Virus record (IMG/VR): IMGVR_UViG_3300032295_001045
Location: 1-34,397 of that record
Reading direction: 5' to 3' (one strand)
Source of the DNA: a virus
DNA: 34,397 bases
The position numbers and the translations under genes were made by a program. A model generated the notes under the pieces. It was not told the DNA's origin and ran no database searches. It saw nothing but the letters and a program-made list of their open reading frames with translations. Positions 16,408 through 22,759 of this stretch are shown piece by piece. How positions within the stretch are numbered: position 1 is the first letter of the stretch; each line of letters begins with the position of its first letter.

Positions 16408-16554
16408 GGCCCGCCCACCCGTGCCTGCAAAAGTTGCAAGCGTGTTGGCTGCGATCATGAAAGCCCACCATGCGCCAGAGAATGATTCAAGGCCAACAGC
16501 TCTAGCCATCACGGCTACCGACAGGCCGATGATTAAGGGACGTGCATATTTCAT
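16405..16554 (-). CDS. Small membrane protein (49 aa)
   Basis: Below the track cutoff; translated by hand as MKYARPLIIGLSVAVMARAVGLESFSGAWWAFMIAANTLATFAGTGGRA. GGAGG lies 7 nt upstream. Confidence 0.5.
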   Translation of the reverse strand: MKYARPLIIGLSVAVMARAVGLESFSGAWWAFMIAANTLATFAGTGGRA

Positions 16555-16555
16555 C

Positions 16556-16624
16556 TCATTCCTCCAGCAGTTGGCCTAACTGGTCGCTGAACCGGACCTT
16601 TGCCGGCGTACTTTCTTCGGTCAT
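16556..16624 (-). CDS. Possible 22-aa acidic peptide ORF
   Basis: MTEESTPAKVRFSDQLGQLLEE with GGAGG upstream. The stop is coupled to the next start (TGAGATG). The start region lies in the loop of the 11-bp inverted repeat. Confidence 0.3.
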   Translation of the reverse strand: MTEESTPAKVRFSDQLGQLLEE

Positions 16625-16647
16625 TTCACCTCCGTTGCCGGCAAAGG
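16597..16647 (-). repeat. Perfect 11-bp inverted repeat CCTTTGCCGGC / GCCGGCAAAGG with a 29-nt spacer
   Basis: Arms at 16597-16607 and 16637-16647. The spacer contains the GGAGG and ATG of the 22-aa ORF. No U-run follows. Confidence 0.85.
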
Positions 16648-16686
16648 CAGGTTAGCTTGGTCGTTAGAGTTTTGGCATGTTGAAAT

Positions 16687-16869
16687 TTATTTCAGAACAC
16701 TTGGCATCTCCAACCATAGCCAAAATACTATGGGCGCTGTCGCCAATGGCATTAGCCGCAGCCATATGGGGAAGTCAGACCGCAATCCAAGCAGAAAAAG
16801 AGCTATCGCCACAATCAGTAACAGTGCTTTTAACGCTATAAGTAGTGGTAATCCTTGCGCTTCTAGCAT
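16687..16869 (-). CDS. Small membrane protein (60 aa, two hydrophobic spans)
   Basis: Counted from the ATG at 16869, with GGAGG about 10 nt upstream. Reads MLEAQGLPLLIALKALLLIVAIALFLLG...IVFWLWLEM. Confidence 0.6.
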   Translation of the reverse strand: MLEAQGLPLLIALKALLLIVAIALFLLGLRSDFPIWLRLMPLATAPIVFWLWLEMPSVLK

Positions 16870-17081
16870 GGGCTTTCTACCTCCTTCCATCTTTCCGTTC
16901 CGTTAGATTTTTCATCGACCACAGGGGGCATTACTGATGTCTTACCATCAAGATAATCATCAAGATCAGACAGCAATGGCGCTTGCAGCTTTAACCGTTT
17001 GCATCGTTCAAACACTTGACGAATCAAATCCAGCCTTTCGCCAGCCGGTAGTTGTTGTTTAATTTTTCCATAAGTTTGCAT
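16863..17081 (-). CDS. Hypothetical protein, paralog B of a tandem pair
   Basis: 72 aa with AAGGAG upstream. Shares KIKQq...eRLDlIrQVfeRCkRLKl with the upstream gene. Confidence 0.6.
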   Translation of the reverse strand: MQTYGKIKQQLPAGERLDLIRQVFERCKRLKLQAPLLSDLDDYLDGKTSVMPPVVDEKSNGTERWKEVESPC

Positions 17082-17093
17082 TTTTCCTACTCC

Positions 17094-17291
17094 TTATCCG
17101 TTATTCGGAGCTTTCAAAATACCTAGCTTCCGAAGGTCTTGAATTAACTCTACGTCCTCCTTTTTGGCGTTTTCCATATTTTCACTTTCATTAAGTATCT
17201 TTAACCGTTCGCACCGTTTAAGCACTTGATTAATATAATCTAGCCGTTTTTTTGATATTTGCTTTTGTTTAATTTTTTCCATGTTTTTCAT
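17094..17291 (-). CDS. Hypothetical protein, paralog A of a tandem pair
   Basis: 65 aa with a TAATG overlap upstream. Shares KIKQKQISKKRLDYINQVLKRCERLKI with the downstream gene. AT-rich. Confidence 0.6.
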   Translation of the reverse strand: MKNMEKIKQKQISKKRLDYINQVLKRCERLKILNESENMENAKKEDVELIQDLRKLGILKAPNNG

Positions 17292-17503
17292 TAGCTTTCA
17301 TTTTTTTGAAAGGGCGGTTTTTGTGTCGGCACTTTCCCCAGCAGGAACAGGCTTCCAAGTCGGCGGTACTCAGCCATGCGATCACTGTCAGTAACTTCAC
17401 CATGTACCGGACAAGCCAATACCTCTCCGTCCCAATACAGCGCGTTGGCAACTCCGCGCTGATTGCAGTCTGGGCAGGCTTCAAAAGTAGTGCTATATCC
17501 CAT
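17291..17503 (-). CDS. Hypothetical zinc-ribbon-like protein
   Basis: 70 aa counted from the ATG at 17503. Has CPDC...CPVH cysteine/histidine pairs. The track start at 17545 is a GTG inside the upstream gene. Confidence 0.5.
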   Translation of the reverse strand: MGYSTTFEACPDCNQRGVANALYWDGEVLACPVHGEVTDSDRMAEYRRLGSLFLLGKVPTQKPPFQKNES

Positions 17504-17528
17504 TTTTACCTTTGATTTTAGTTTGTCG

Positions 17529-17723
17529 TCATTGAACAAGACCACGCAATTGAGTTAATGTCTGCAAAGCTTGCTGCATTGTTACTATCTCAATCGTCGC
17601 ATTTTCATCAGTTAATCGCCCTTGCTCAATCAGCGCAGGAAATACTTTTTTTCTGCGCTTAACTTCTTTGGCAAGACACTTTATTTGCTGGTCAATTGTG
17701 ATTGTCATTTTTGCCATGTTCAT
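17529..17723 (-). CDS. Hypothetical early protein
   Basis: 64 aa counted from the ATG at 17723, in an ATGA overlap with the upstream stop. Helical and basic. Confidence 0.55.
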   Translation of the reverse strand: MNMAKMTITIDQQIKCLAKEVKRRKKVFPALIEQGRLTDENATIEIVTMQQALQTLTQLRGLVQ

Positions 17724-18052
17724 TTCCTGTCTCTTGAATAAAACGCTTCCGTTAACTCTTCTCGCAATGTTTTTTGTGGAACTTTTTGCCTCAAAAGCTT
17801 TTCTATCAATATGGTGCGCAATCGACAAGCCATTTCATGCCGTTTTTTTTCTTCTTCTAGTTGCGGCAATCCTAGTGCATATAACCAGTTTGATAATTCA
17901 TTGTCTAATTCCATAAGATCAAGTTTTGCACTAGCTAATACTCGTCTTTCTTCTAACTCCGCTAAAACTTTGCGATTATTAAAATGAATAAATAGAAGGG
18001 CAATCAATAAAATAAATAACGCGATCAATGATATTGCTTTATAAATATCCAT
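17720..18052 (-). CDS. Membrane-anchored coiled-coil protein
   Basis: 110 aa counted from the ATG at 18052, with GGAGAG 4 nt upstream. N-terminal hydrophobic span AISLIALFILLIALLFIHF followed by a charged helix. AT-rich. Confidence 0.6.
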   Translation of the reverse strand: MDIYKAISLIALFILLIALLFIHFNNRKVLAELEERRVLASAKLDLMELDNELSNWLYALGLPQLEEEKKRHEMACRLRTILIEKLLRQKVPQKTLREELTEAFYSRDRK

Positions 18053-18198
18053 GTTTCTCTCCATTCATTTTTAGGCGGGGCTTATCACCCCGCGATGCCC
18101 GTAGCCCTATTCGTCAATAGGGTTCACCTGTAAATTCAGGCTATACATTTTCAGGCCTTTCGGCTCCTGTGCCGGACTATTCAGTTACACGCTTGTTT

Positions 18199-18381
18199 TT
18201 AATCTTCCTTGCCAAATAAAGCTTTTATTGCCCATGTCCATTTTCCTGTTTCCAGTTTTGATAAAACAAACATGGTTAAAAGCGCGGCACAAGTTGCGTA
18301 TAAAATACCTATTTCTAGCATGTCATTAACTATAAAAAATGCCCATGTTAGCCAATAAACAATCGGAATAGCTAAAAACAT
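18199..18381 (-). CDS. Small membrane protein (60 aa, two spans)
   Basis: Counted from the ATG at 18381, with AGAGGG upstream. Reads MFLAIPIVYWLTWAFFIV...ILYATCAALLTMFVL. The track start at 18414 is a TTG. Confidence 0.6.
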   Translation of the reverse strand: MFLAIPIVYWLTWAFFIVNDMLEIGILYATCAALLTMFVLSKLETGKWTWAIKALFGKED

Positions 18382-18479
18382 AATTACCCTCTTTTGATTG
18401 TCAGGCCGCACCAACAGCCCGCGCCACTACCGCCCAAGCGTTTCTCCTGTGCGCCGTGTCGGGAGCGGTTAACCTGGCG

Positions 18480-18839
18480 TTAGACATCAGAACAGCCGTA
18501 GCAGTATTTGTGTTCTACGCCTTCAGTAATGCGCCAATCATCCGGCTCGCTCCACTTAATCGCGTCCTTCTCAATTTGGCAGCGCGTGATGCCGCCGCAC
18601 TCGTGCAGGTAAACCAACACGAAGTTGTCGGGCGCCCGACGCTCGTCTGTCCAGTCGATTGCGCGCTGAATGTCGGTGTGAAGTTCCTTCCACCGGTCGT
18701 AGGTCTTGTCCTCTCGCACAGAGTGCAGCGGGCCGATTCCATCCTCTGTGAACCAGATCGCGCCAGCGTACTTGTCCAGAAACCACTGCGGCCACTGAAT
18801 GGCGTAGTGTTGCGTCGTAAACGTCGAGCGGAATCCCAT
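18480..18839 (-). CDS. Hypothetical protein in a GC-rich island
   Basis: 119 aa counted from the ATG at 18839, with AAGGAGAG upstream. First gene after promoter 18863-18891. Three long shadow ORFs overlap it in the track. Confidence 0.6.
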   Translation of the reverse strand: MGFRSTFTTQHYAIQWPQWFLDKYAGAIWFTEDGIGPLHSVREDKTYDRWKELHTDIQRAIDWTDERRAPDNFVLVYLHECGGITRCQIEKDAIKWSEPDDWRITEGVEHKYCYGCSDV

Positions 18840-18862
18840 GCTTCTCTCCTTAATTAAAAACA

Positions 18863-18891
18863 ACTATACACACAAAACAATCACAAATCAA
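18863..18891 (-). promoter_or_regulatory. Sigma70-type promoter TTGATT-N17-(TGTG)TATAGT
   Basis: Minus strand reads TTGATTtgtgattgttttgtgtgTATAGT, followed by 16 nt, then AAGGAGAG and the ATG. Confidence 0.5.
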
Positions 18892-19594
18892 TATACTCGC
18901 GTACTTTTTTTTCAGCCTGTTTTTTCCGCGCATCAAACTCTGCGCGTTCAGCTTCGCCTTTTTCATGCCAGGCAGGTTTTGGTAACTTTAGTATCGAAAG
19001 CAGGTCTTTAAGTTTTTTCCGCACACCCTCCGGCATTTTTTGTTCAAGCAATGGCACGTTGTTTTCCAGCAACGGAACATCACGTCCTATCTGTCGAGCG
19101 TGTTCTATCGCTTGCGTTCTTTTTTTTGCGTCAAAGCCAAGCGACACATTCCAGACTACCTTCTCGCCGCGTTCTTTAGATTCGCGCACAATCCGGTTAT
19201 AAGCGTCTTTGAATGCCATTCTCGCTCCCACTTCGTCGCCCATCGCCAGCACAGGCTTACAAATCCCCCAGGCTTGCGCCATGTCTTGCGTCCAAACCAC
19301 GGTTTCAAACTCATCTTGCGCTTTCAGTGCGGTCGCCCACGCTTCGTCAGCGTCCGGGCGCGGGTCTTGTCGTGCGTCTATCTTTGCGATCAGGTCAGCC
19401 GGGGCGGGAAAAAATCGGCCTCGGTCAGAATCACGTAAATGCGCCTCTAAAGCGCTTCTAATGTCTTCGATGCTATACCGAGCCATGACACGGAAAAACA
19501 TCGCAATCTGAGCCGATTTAGGCGGGTTCTTGCCCATCAGTTCTGCTGTACTGACCAGCAATGCTTCAAAGTCGTCAAAATCAGCTTTAAACAT
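18881..19594 (-). CDS. Replication protein, lambda P-like / helicase-loader-like
   Basis: 237 aa counted from the ATG at 19594, overlapping the initiator stop. The segment FFRVMARYSIEDIRSALEAHL...RFFPAPADLIAKI recalls the P/G39P-type pattern from memory. Sits directly after the initiator gene. Confidence 0.4.
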   Translation of the reverse strand: MFKADFDDFEALLVSTAELMGKNPPKSAQIAMFFRVMARYSIEDIRSALEAHLRDSDRGRFFPAPADLIAKIDARQDPRPDADEAWATALKAQDEFETVVWTQDMAQAWGICKPVLAMGDEVGARMAFKDAYNRIVRESKERGEKVVWNVSLGFDAKKRTQAIEHARQIGRDVPLLENNVPLLEQKMPEGVRKKLKDLLSILKLPKPAWHEKGEAERAEFDARKKQAEKKVREYIDL

Positions 19595-20294
19595 CAATCA
19601 CCTCGTCCAAAAATCCAAGCATGCGTTTTGCTTCCAGGTTTCGTGTTTTTGCGTCGTTTTTGTCAACCATTGGTACGTTTTTGTCAACCCATTCCGCTTT
19701 GAATCCAACCCATCCCCGCTCGCAACAGGTTTGCAATGCGCGTTCAAGCGAATACCCGGCTTTGTCAGCTTCGCGTTTGATTCCAGCAAGCGCGGTTTCC
19801 GTGACCGGCGCTTTTTTGGCTTTTCTCAGTGCAATAAAATCATGCGCTATTTTTTCGCTAACCTCGGCCAGCAAATTATCGGGCGTTATATTGACGGTTC
19901 CCTTACGGTTCTTTGACGGTTCTATGACGGTTAGGGTGCACGTGGTGCGGGGGTGGGGTGCATATTCTGCGGGGGTGGGGTGCATTTCCTGCGGGGGTGT
20001 GGTGCATTTGGTGCGGGAGTGCATTTCCTGCGGGGGTGCATATTCTGCGGGGGTTAGTAAATACTTAGTCGATCTCCCGGTGCTCATTTCGCGTGTCAGT
20101 GCGCCGTTTTTTTCTAGCCACAAAACAGCATTTTGAACAGCCCTTTCTGACGCGCAAACCCTTTCGCAAATAGTAGCTATCGACGGCCAGCAGGTGCCGT
20201 GATCGTTAGAATTATCAGCCAGGGATATATATACAGATTTTGCCAGCAGCGGCATTTGAAGCGGCCAGACCAAGGCCATGATCTTTGTACTCAT
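19587..20294 (-). CDS. Replication initiator (lambda O-like; N-terminal winged-helix domain) with the origin inside the gene
   Basis: 235 aa counted from the ATG at 20294, with GAGGA upstream. N-terminus LAKSVYISLADNSNDHGTCWPSIATICERVCASERAVQNAVLWLEKNGAL. The iteron array maps to a low-complexity linker. Confidence 0.7.
   Translation of the reverse strand: MSTKIMALVWPLQMPLLAKSVYISLADNSNDHGTCWPSIATICERVCASERAVQNAVLWLEKNGALTREMSTGRSTKYLLTPAEYAPPQEMHSRTKCTTPPQEMHPTPAEYAPHPRTTCTLTVIEPSKNRKGTVNITPDNLLAEVSEKIAHDFIALRKAKKAPVTETALAGIKREADKAGYSLERALQTCCERGWVGFKAEWVDKNVPMVDKNDAKTRNLEAKRMLGFLDEVIDV
19894..19932. repeat. Four ACGGTT motifs phased at exactly 11 bp
   Basis: ACGGTT at 19894, 19905, 19916 and 19927, directly abutting the iteron array. 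Confidence 0.9.
19937..20053. repeat. Six 17-bp iterons TGCAYNTNNTGCGGGRG (candidate replication origin)
   Basis: Units start at 19937, 19959, 19981, 20003, 20020 and 20037, giving spacings of 22, 22, 22, 17 and 17 bp. Units 2 and 6 are identical, as are units 3 and 5. Confidence 0.9.
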
Positions 20295-20355
20295 ACTGTC
20301 CTCATTAGTGACCAGCCCAAGGTGAGAATTACCGGGTCGGCGCACTTTTTAAGTG

Positions 20356-20403
20356 AAAAACGGCATCTTGAGCCAGTCGCTAATGAAGACAGCTTTGATG
20401 CCG
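20356..20403 (-). terminator. Long hairpin plus U5 between the wHTH gene and the initiator gene (terminator or attenuator candidate)
   Basis: Minus-strand RNA reads CGGCAUC-(29 nt, partly self-pairing)-GAUGCCG followed by UUUUU. Confidence 0.4.
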
Positions 20404-20427
20404 ACCTTTTTTACGCTTCTCACGGCG

Positions 20428-20733
20428 TTATCTAATTTTATTTGAATTTCTCAAAAACGCAAGCCCTGTTTTTGTTATTGCCCACACTCTAGCGTTCCTG
20501 CCGGTTTTAGTCTGTCTGACTTGAGTAGTCAAACGAACATAACGCGGAATTTCAGGTAATCTTCTGCAAATCTGATACTTGTCGAGACAGCAATTCTTTG
20601 CTATTTCGTCAGCCGTTCCGTCTTTCATTTCAGACAAAGCTAACAGAATAGCGCGGTAATGTATCGTTGTTACTGAGCCTATTTTTTTTGCGGCGTCTTT
20701 GCTTGTTTGCGGGTCATTCTTTCTTGCTCTCAT
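20428..20733 (-). CDS. Winged helix-turn-helix DNA-binding protein
   Basis: 101 aa. IHYRAILLALSEMKDGTADEIAKNC...RRLPEI...GRNARVWAITKTG fits a MarR-like wHTH layout. Confidence 0.6.
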   Translation of the reverse strand: MRARKNDPQTSKDAAKKIGSVTTIHYRAILLALSEMKDGTADEIAKNCCLDKYQICRRLPEIPRYVRLTTQVRQTKTGRNARVWAITKTGLAFLRNSNKIR

Positions 20734-20902
20734 CTTCGTCTCCTATGAAAAAATCACACTTTTTGTCGGGAATTAAAAATGCCTCAAAGTCAGAATACAC
20801 TTGATGCCCGACGGGTCGCCCAGGCGATGTAAACCTCAAGCATTTTTCTTTTTGCGCGCACTTTTTTGCTGAACACCTGGCATATTCGTATGAAAGTGTC
20901 AT
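20714..20902 (-). CDS. Hypothetical Cys-rich small protein
   Basis: 62-aa ORF with an ATGA overlap upstream. Contains C-x4-C-x5-C near the N-terminus. Confidence 0.55.
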   Translation of the reverse strand: MTLSYEYARCSAKKCAQKEKCLRFTSPGRPVGHQVYSDFEAFLIPDKKCDFFIGDEDESKKE

Positions 20903-21207
20903 ATCTCACCTTTGCATGGCCATGTTTGTTTGAGTATAAAAGTCACAATTTGCGAAGCGGGAAAATGCCTGATTTCGGGATTTTCTTTCACAAACTTAAT
21001 CACAATATCTTGCGCTTGTCCGTAGGTCACATTAGGGTTTGGGCATTGAATCGTGCCGCGTGTCATGTCTGCAACAGCGCTTATATAACCAAGACCATAC
21101 ACCCTGACGCCCGGCTCTTTGTTTTCGAGTAACGCAAGAAGCTCATTGCCGGTTATTGCGTGCGCTGATGACGAAACAAAAAACAATGCTACAATTAACT
21201 TTTTCAT
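20899..21207 (-). CDS. Secreted protein resembling Rap1a/Tai-family T6SS immunity proteins
   Basis: 102 aa. Signal peptide MKKLIVALFFVSSSAHA, then TGNELL...GYISAVADM...CPNPNVTYGQAQDIVIKFVKENPEIRHFPASQIV...WPC. Confidence 0.5.
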   Translation of the reverse strand: MKKLIVALFFVSSSAHAITGNELLALLENKEPGVRVYGLGYISAVADMTRGTIQCPNPNVTYGQAQDIVIKFVKENPEIRHFPASQIVTFILKQTWPCKGEI

Positions 21208-21386
21208 GCCATTTCCTTAATTGAAGTAAGTAACAATCGAATCCCCGCCGTTGAATCCAGCGGCCTTTTTCCTGTTTCACGTGAAAACTTTCTGCCGTTT
21301 TGGTCAACCCAAAGTCGTCCGTTGATTCTCAGTTTCACGTTTACTTTTTCGTCTAGCTTCTGCAAAATCCCCTCATGCGTGTACAT
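21204..21386 (-). CDS. Hypothetical early protein
   Basis: 60-aa ORF with overlaps on both sides. I checked the frame codon by codon. Confidence 0.55.
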   Translation of the reverse strand: MYTHEGILQKLDEKVNVKLRINGRLWVDQNGRKFSRETGKRPLDSTAGIRLLLTSIKEMA

Positions 21387-21663
21387 TTATCACTCCTCTC
21401 TCAAAAAGTTGTCCGATGGTCTTTCTATGCGCTTCCTCCCATATTTCTATGCGCTCTGTTTTGCTTAAAATGCTGCCCTGGTCTATGTCAGCGTGACACC
21501 GAAAACATAATGCCGCCACCCTGTAATCGTGCGCTTTAATTCCCCGCCCTTTTCCATCTCGAAGCTGGTTAGAGTGTGCAGCCACTACCGTTCCATCCTC
21601 TGCGCCGCAGTGCTGGCAAGGCAACTCACGGCAAGCTTCAAGTATTTTTTTGTTCCTGTACAT
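21373..21663 (-). CDS. DUF1364 / YbcO-like putative nuclease
   Basis: 96 aa counted from the ATG at 21663. C-x2-C...TVVAAHSN...GIKAHDY...ALCFRCHADID and the C-terminal GVINV match the E. coli YbcO pattern as I recall it. Confidence 0.6.
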   Translation of the reverse strand: MYRNKKILEACRELPCQHCGAEDGTVVAAHSNQLRDGKGRGIKAHDYRVAALCFRCHADIDQGSILSKTERIEIWEEAHRKTIGQLFERGVINVHA

Positions 21664-22024
21664 TCTCTGCTTTCCACGCTTTAACGTATTCAATCAACTC
21701 TGACATTTCAGCTTTGGTCATTGTGCTGGTTCGCTTGTAAAGCACGTCCATACCCAGACCGTCAAGCGCTTGCACATAGATTGCACCCTGTCCCGTCGCC
21801 CGAAGCCATGCGCTGGTCATCAGGCGTTTCCATTGGTCAACGTCCAGCGTCATTCCACACCATTGCTTAGTTTGAGCAAGTTCATGCAATTCAGCGTGTA
21901 AAAGTGCGTTTTGCTCCAGGTTTCGCGTCGGTTCTGTGATCTTGACCACCCAGCCATCAGGCGCTTGCCTAACGGCGTTAACAGCGTTTTCACGCGCAGC
22001 GGTATGTACTAGCCTGAATATCAC
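21638..22024 (-). CDS. ninB: NinB/Orf-like recombination mediator
   Basis: 128 aa with a GTG start in a GTGA overlap with erf. PTRNLEQNALLHAELHELA...WCG...DQWKRLM fits the NinB pattern. Sits directly after the annealase gene. Confidence 0.6.
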   Translation of the reverse strand: MIFRLVHTAARENAVNAVRQAPDGWVVKITEPTRNLEQNALLHAELHELAQTKQWCGMTLDVDQWKRLMTSAWLRATGQGAIYVQALDGLGMDVLYKRTSTMTKAEMSELIEYVKAWKAENVQEQKNT

Positions 22025-22713
22025 GGCACAATCTCAGTTGCTAAAGTCTTGGCTTGACCGATTTTTTTAATTGCAGACCGCTTTTGACTGTTTACTTTTG
22101 ACCATAACGCCGCTTGCTGGTCGGTGTCTAGCTCGGCCTTGGCTCTGGTGTATGCTTCAAAAGCGCCCTGATCGTCAGCGCCTTCTATTTCCATCGCAAA
22201 ATCAAGAATCAGGGCGCGTTCCTGTTCGCCGCATTTTTCCAGGTAATCCTGTCCGGCAGTGTTAGCAGGTATTTGCATCGGTTTTTTAGGCTTGCTGGCA
22301 GCGTTACCGTCATCATCCTCTGGCGCAATTCCGCACACTGCCATCAACGAATAACGCCGGGCGTAAGTAAGCGCCGAGCCGTAACCTTGCGGGTCTAGCT
22401 TGCTGGCAGGCACGCGCAAAATGCCGCCGCTAATTTGTTCGCCGGATTCGTGCATCAATATGGTTTCCACCGCCACGCCGGTTTCGCATTCGTGCGTTTT
22501 TTGCAACAACGCAAAGCCATTTTTGTGCAGACTGTCGATAACCGCTTCAACACAGGCCGACAAGTCAGCATAACGCGACTTAAAATGCGGGTTAGTGCTG
22601 GTTTTCAATGCTGCGCCAAATCCTGCCTGGGCGCGCACAAATGCAAATGCTGCCTTTTGTTCCATACATTGCTCCTGTTTTTGAACTGTTTCGTAAAATT
22701 GTTGCTGTGTCAT
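22021..22713 (-). CDS. erf: ERF-family single-strand annealing protein
   Basis: 230 aa. NPHFKSRYADLSACVEAV...GYGSALTYARRYSLMAVCGIAPEDDDGN is the ERF signature. AAGGAGG upstream. Confidence 0.85.
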   Translation of the reverse strand: MTQQQFYETVQKQEQCMEQKAAFAFVRAQAGFGAALKTSTNPHFKSRYADLSACVEAVIDSLHKNGFALLQKTHECETGVAVETILMHESGEQISGGILRVPASKLDPQGYGSALTYARRYSLMAVCGIAPEDDDGNAASKPKKPMQIPANTAGQDYLEKCGEQERALILDFAMEIEGADDQGAFEAYTRAKAELDTDQQAALWSKVNSQKRSAIKKIGQAKTLATEIVP

Positions 22714-22730
22714 GTTTTCCTCCTTTTATT

Positions 22731-22759
22731 ATTATACACACAAATAAGTTAATCAACAA
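22731..22759 (-). promoter_or_regulatory. Sigma70-type promoter TTGTTG-N17-(TGTG)TATAAT upstream of erf
   Basis: Minus strand reads TTGTTGattaacttatttgtgtgTATAATaataaaaggaggaaaacATG. Confidence 0.5.

Noticed and set aside
18053-18198. A tRNA or tmRNA-like gene in the structured gap
   Set aside because: I could not fold a cloverleaf, and there are no T-loop GTTCRA or acceptor-stem features.
19937-20053. The repeat array as a CRISPR-like locus
   Set aside because: The units are 17 bp with spacers of 5 or 0 bp. The array lies inside a coding sequence and there are no cas genes. The pattern fits origin iterons.
22331-22344. A shared 14-mer ccgcacactgccat (also at 23191-23204) encoding SLMAVCGI in both the ERF protein and the 23103-23474 protein
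   Set aside because: It is striking but too short to separate a recombination scar from chance plus a common hydrophobic motif. It would need comparison with related genomes.
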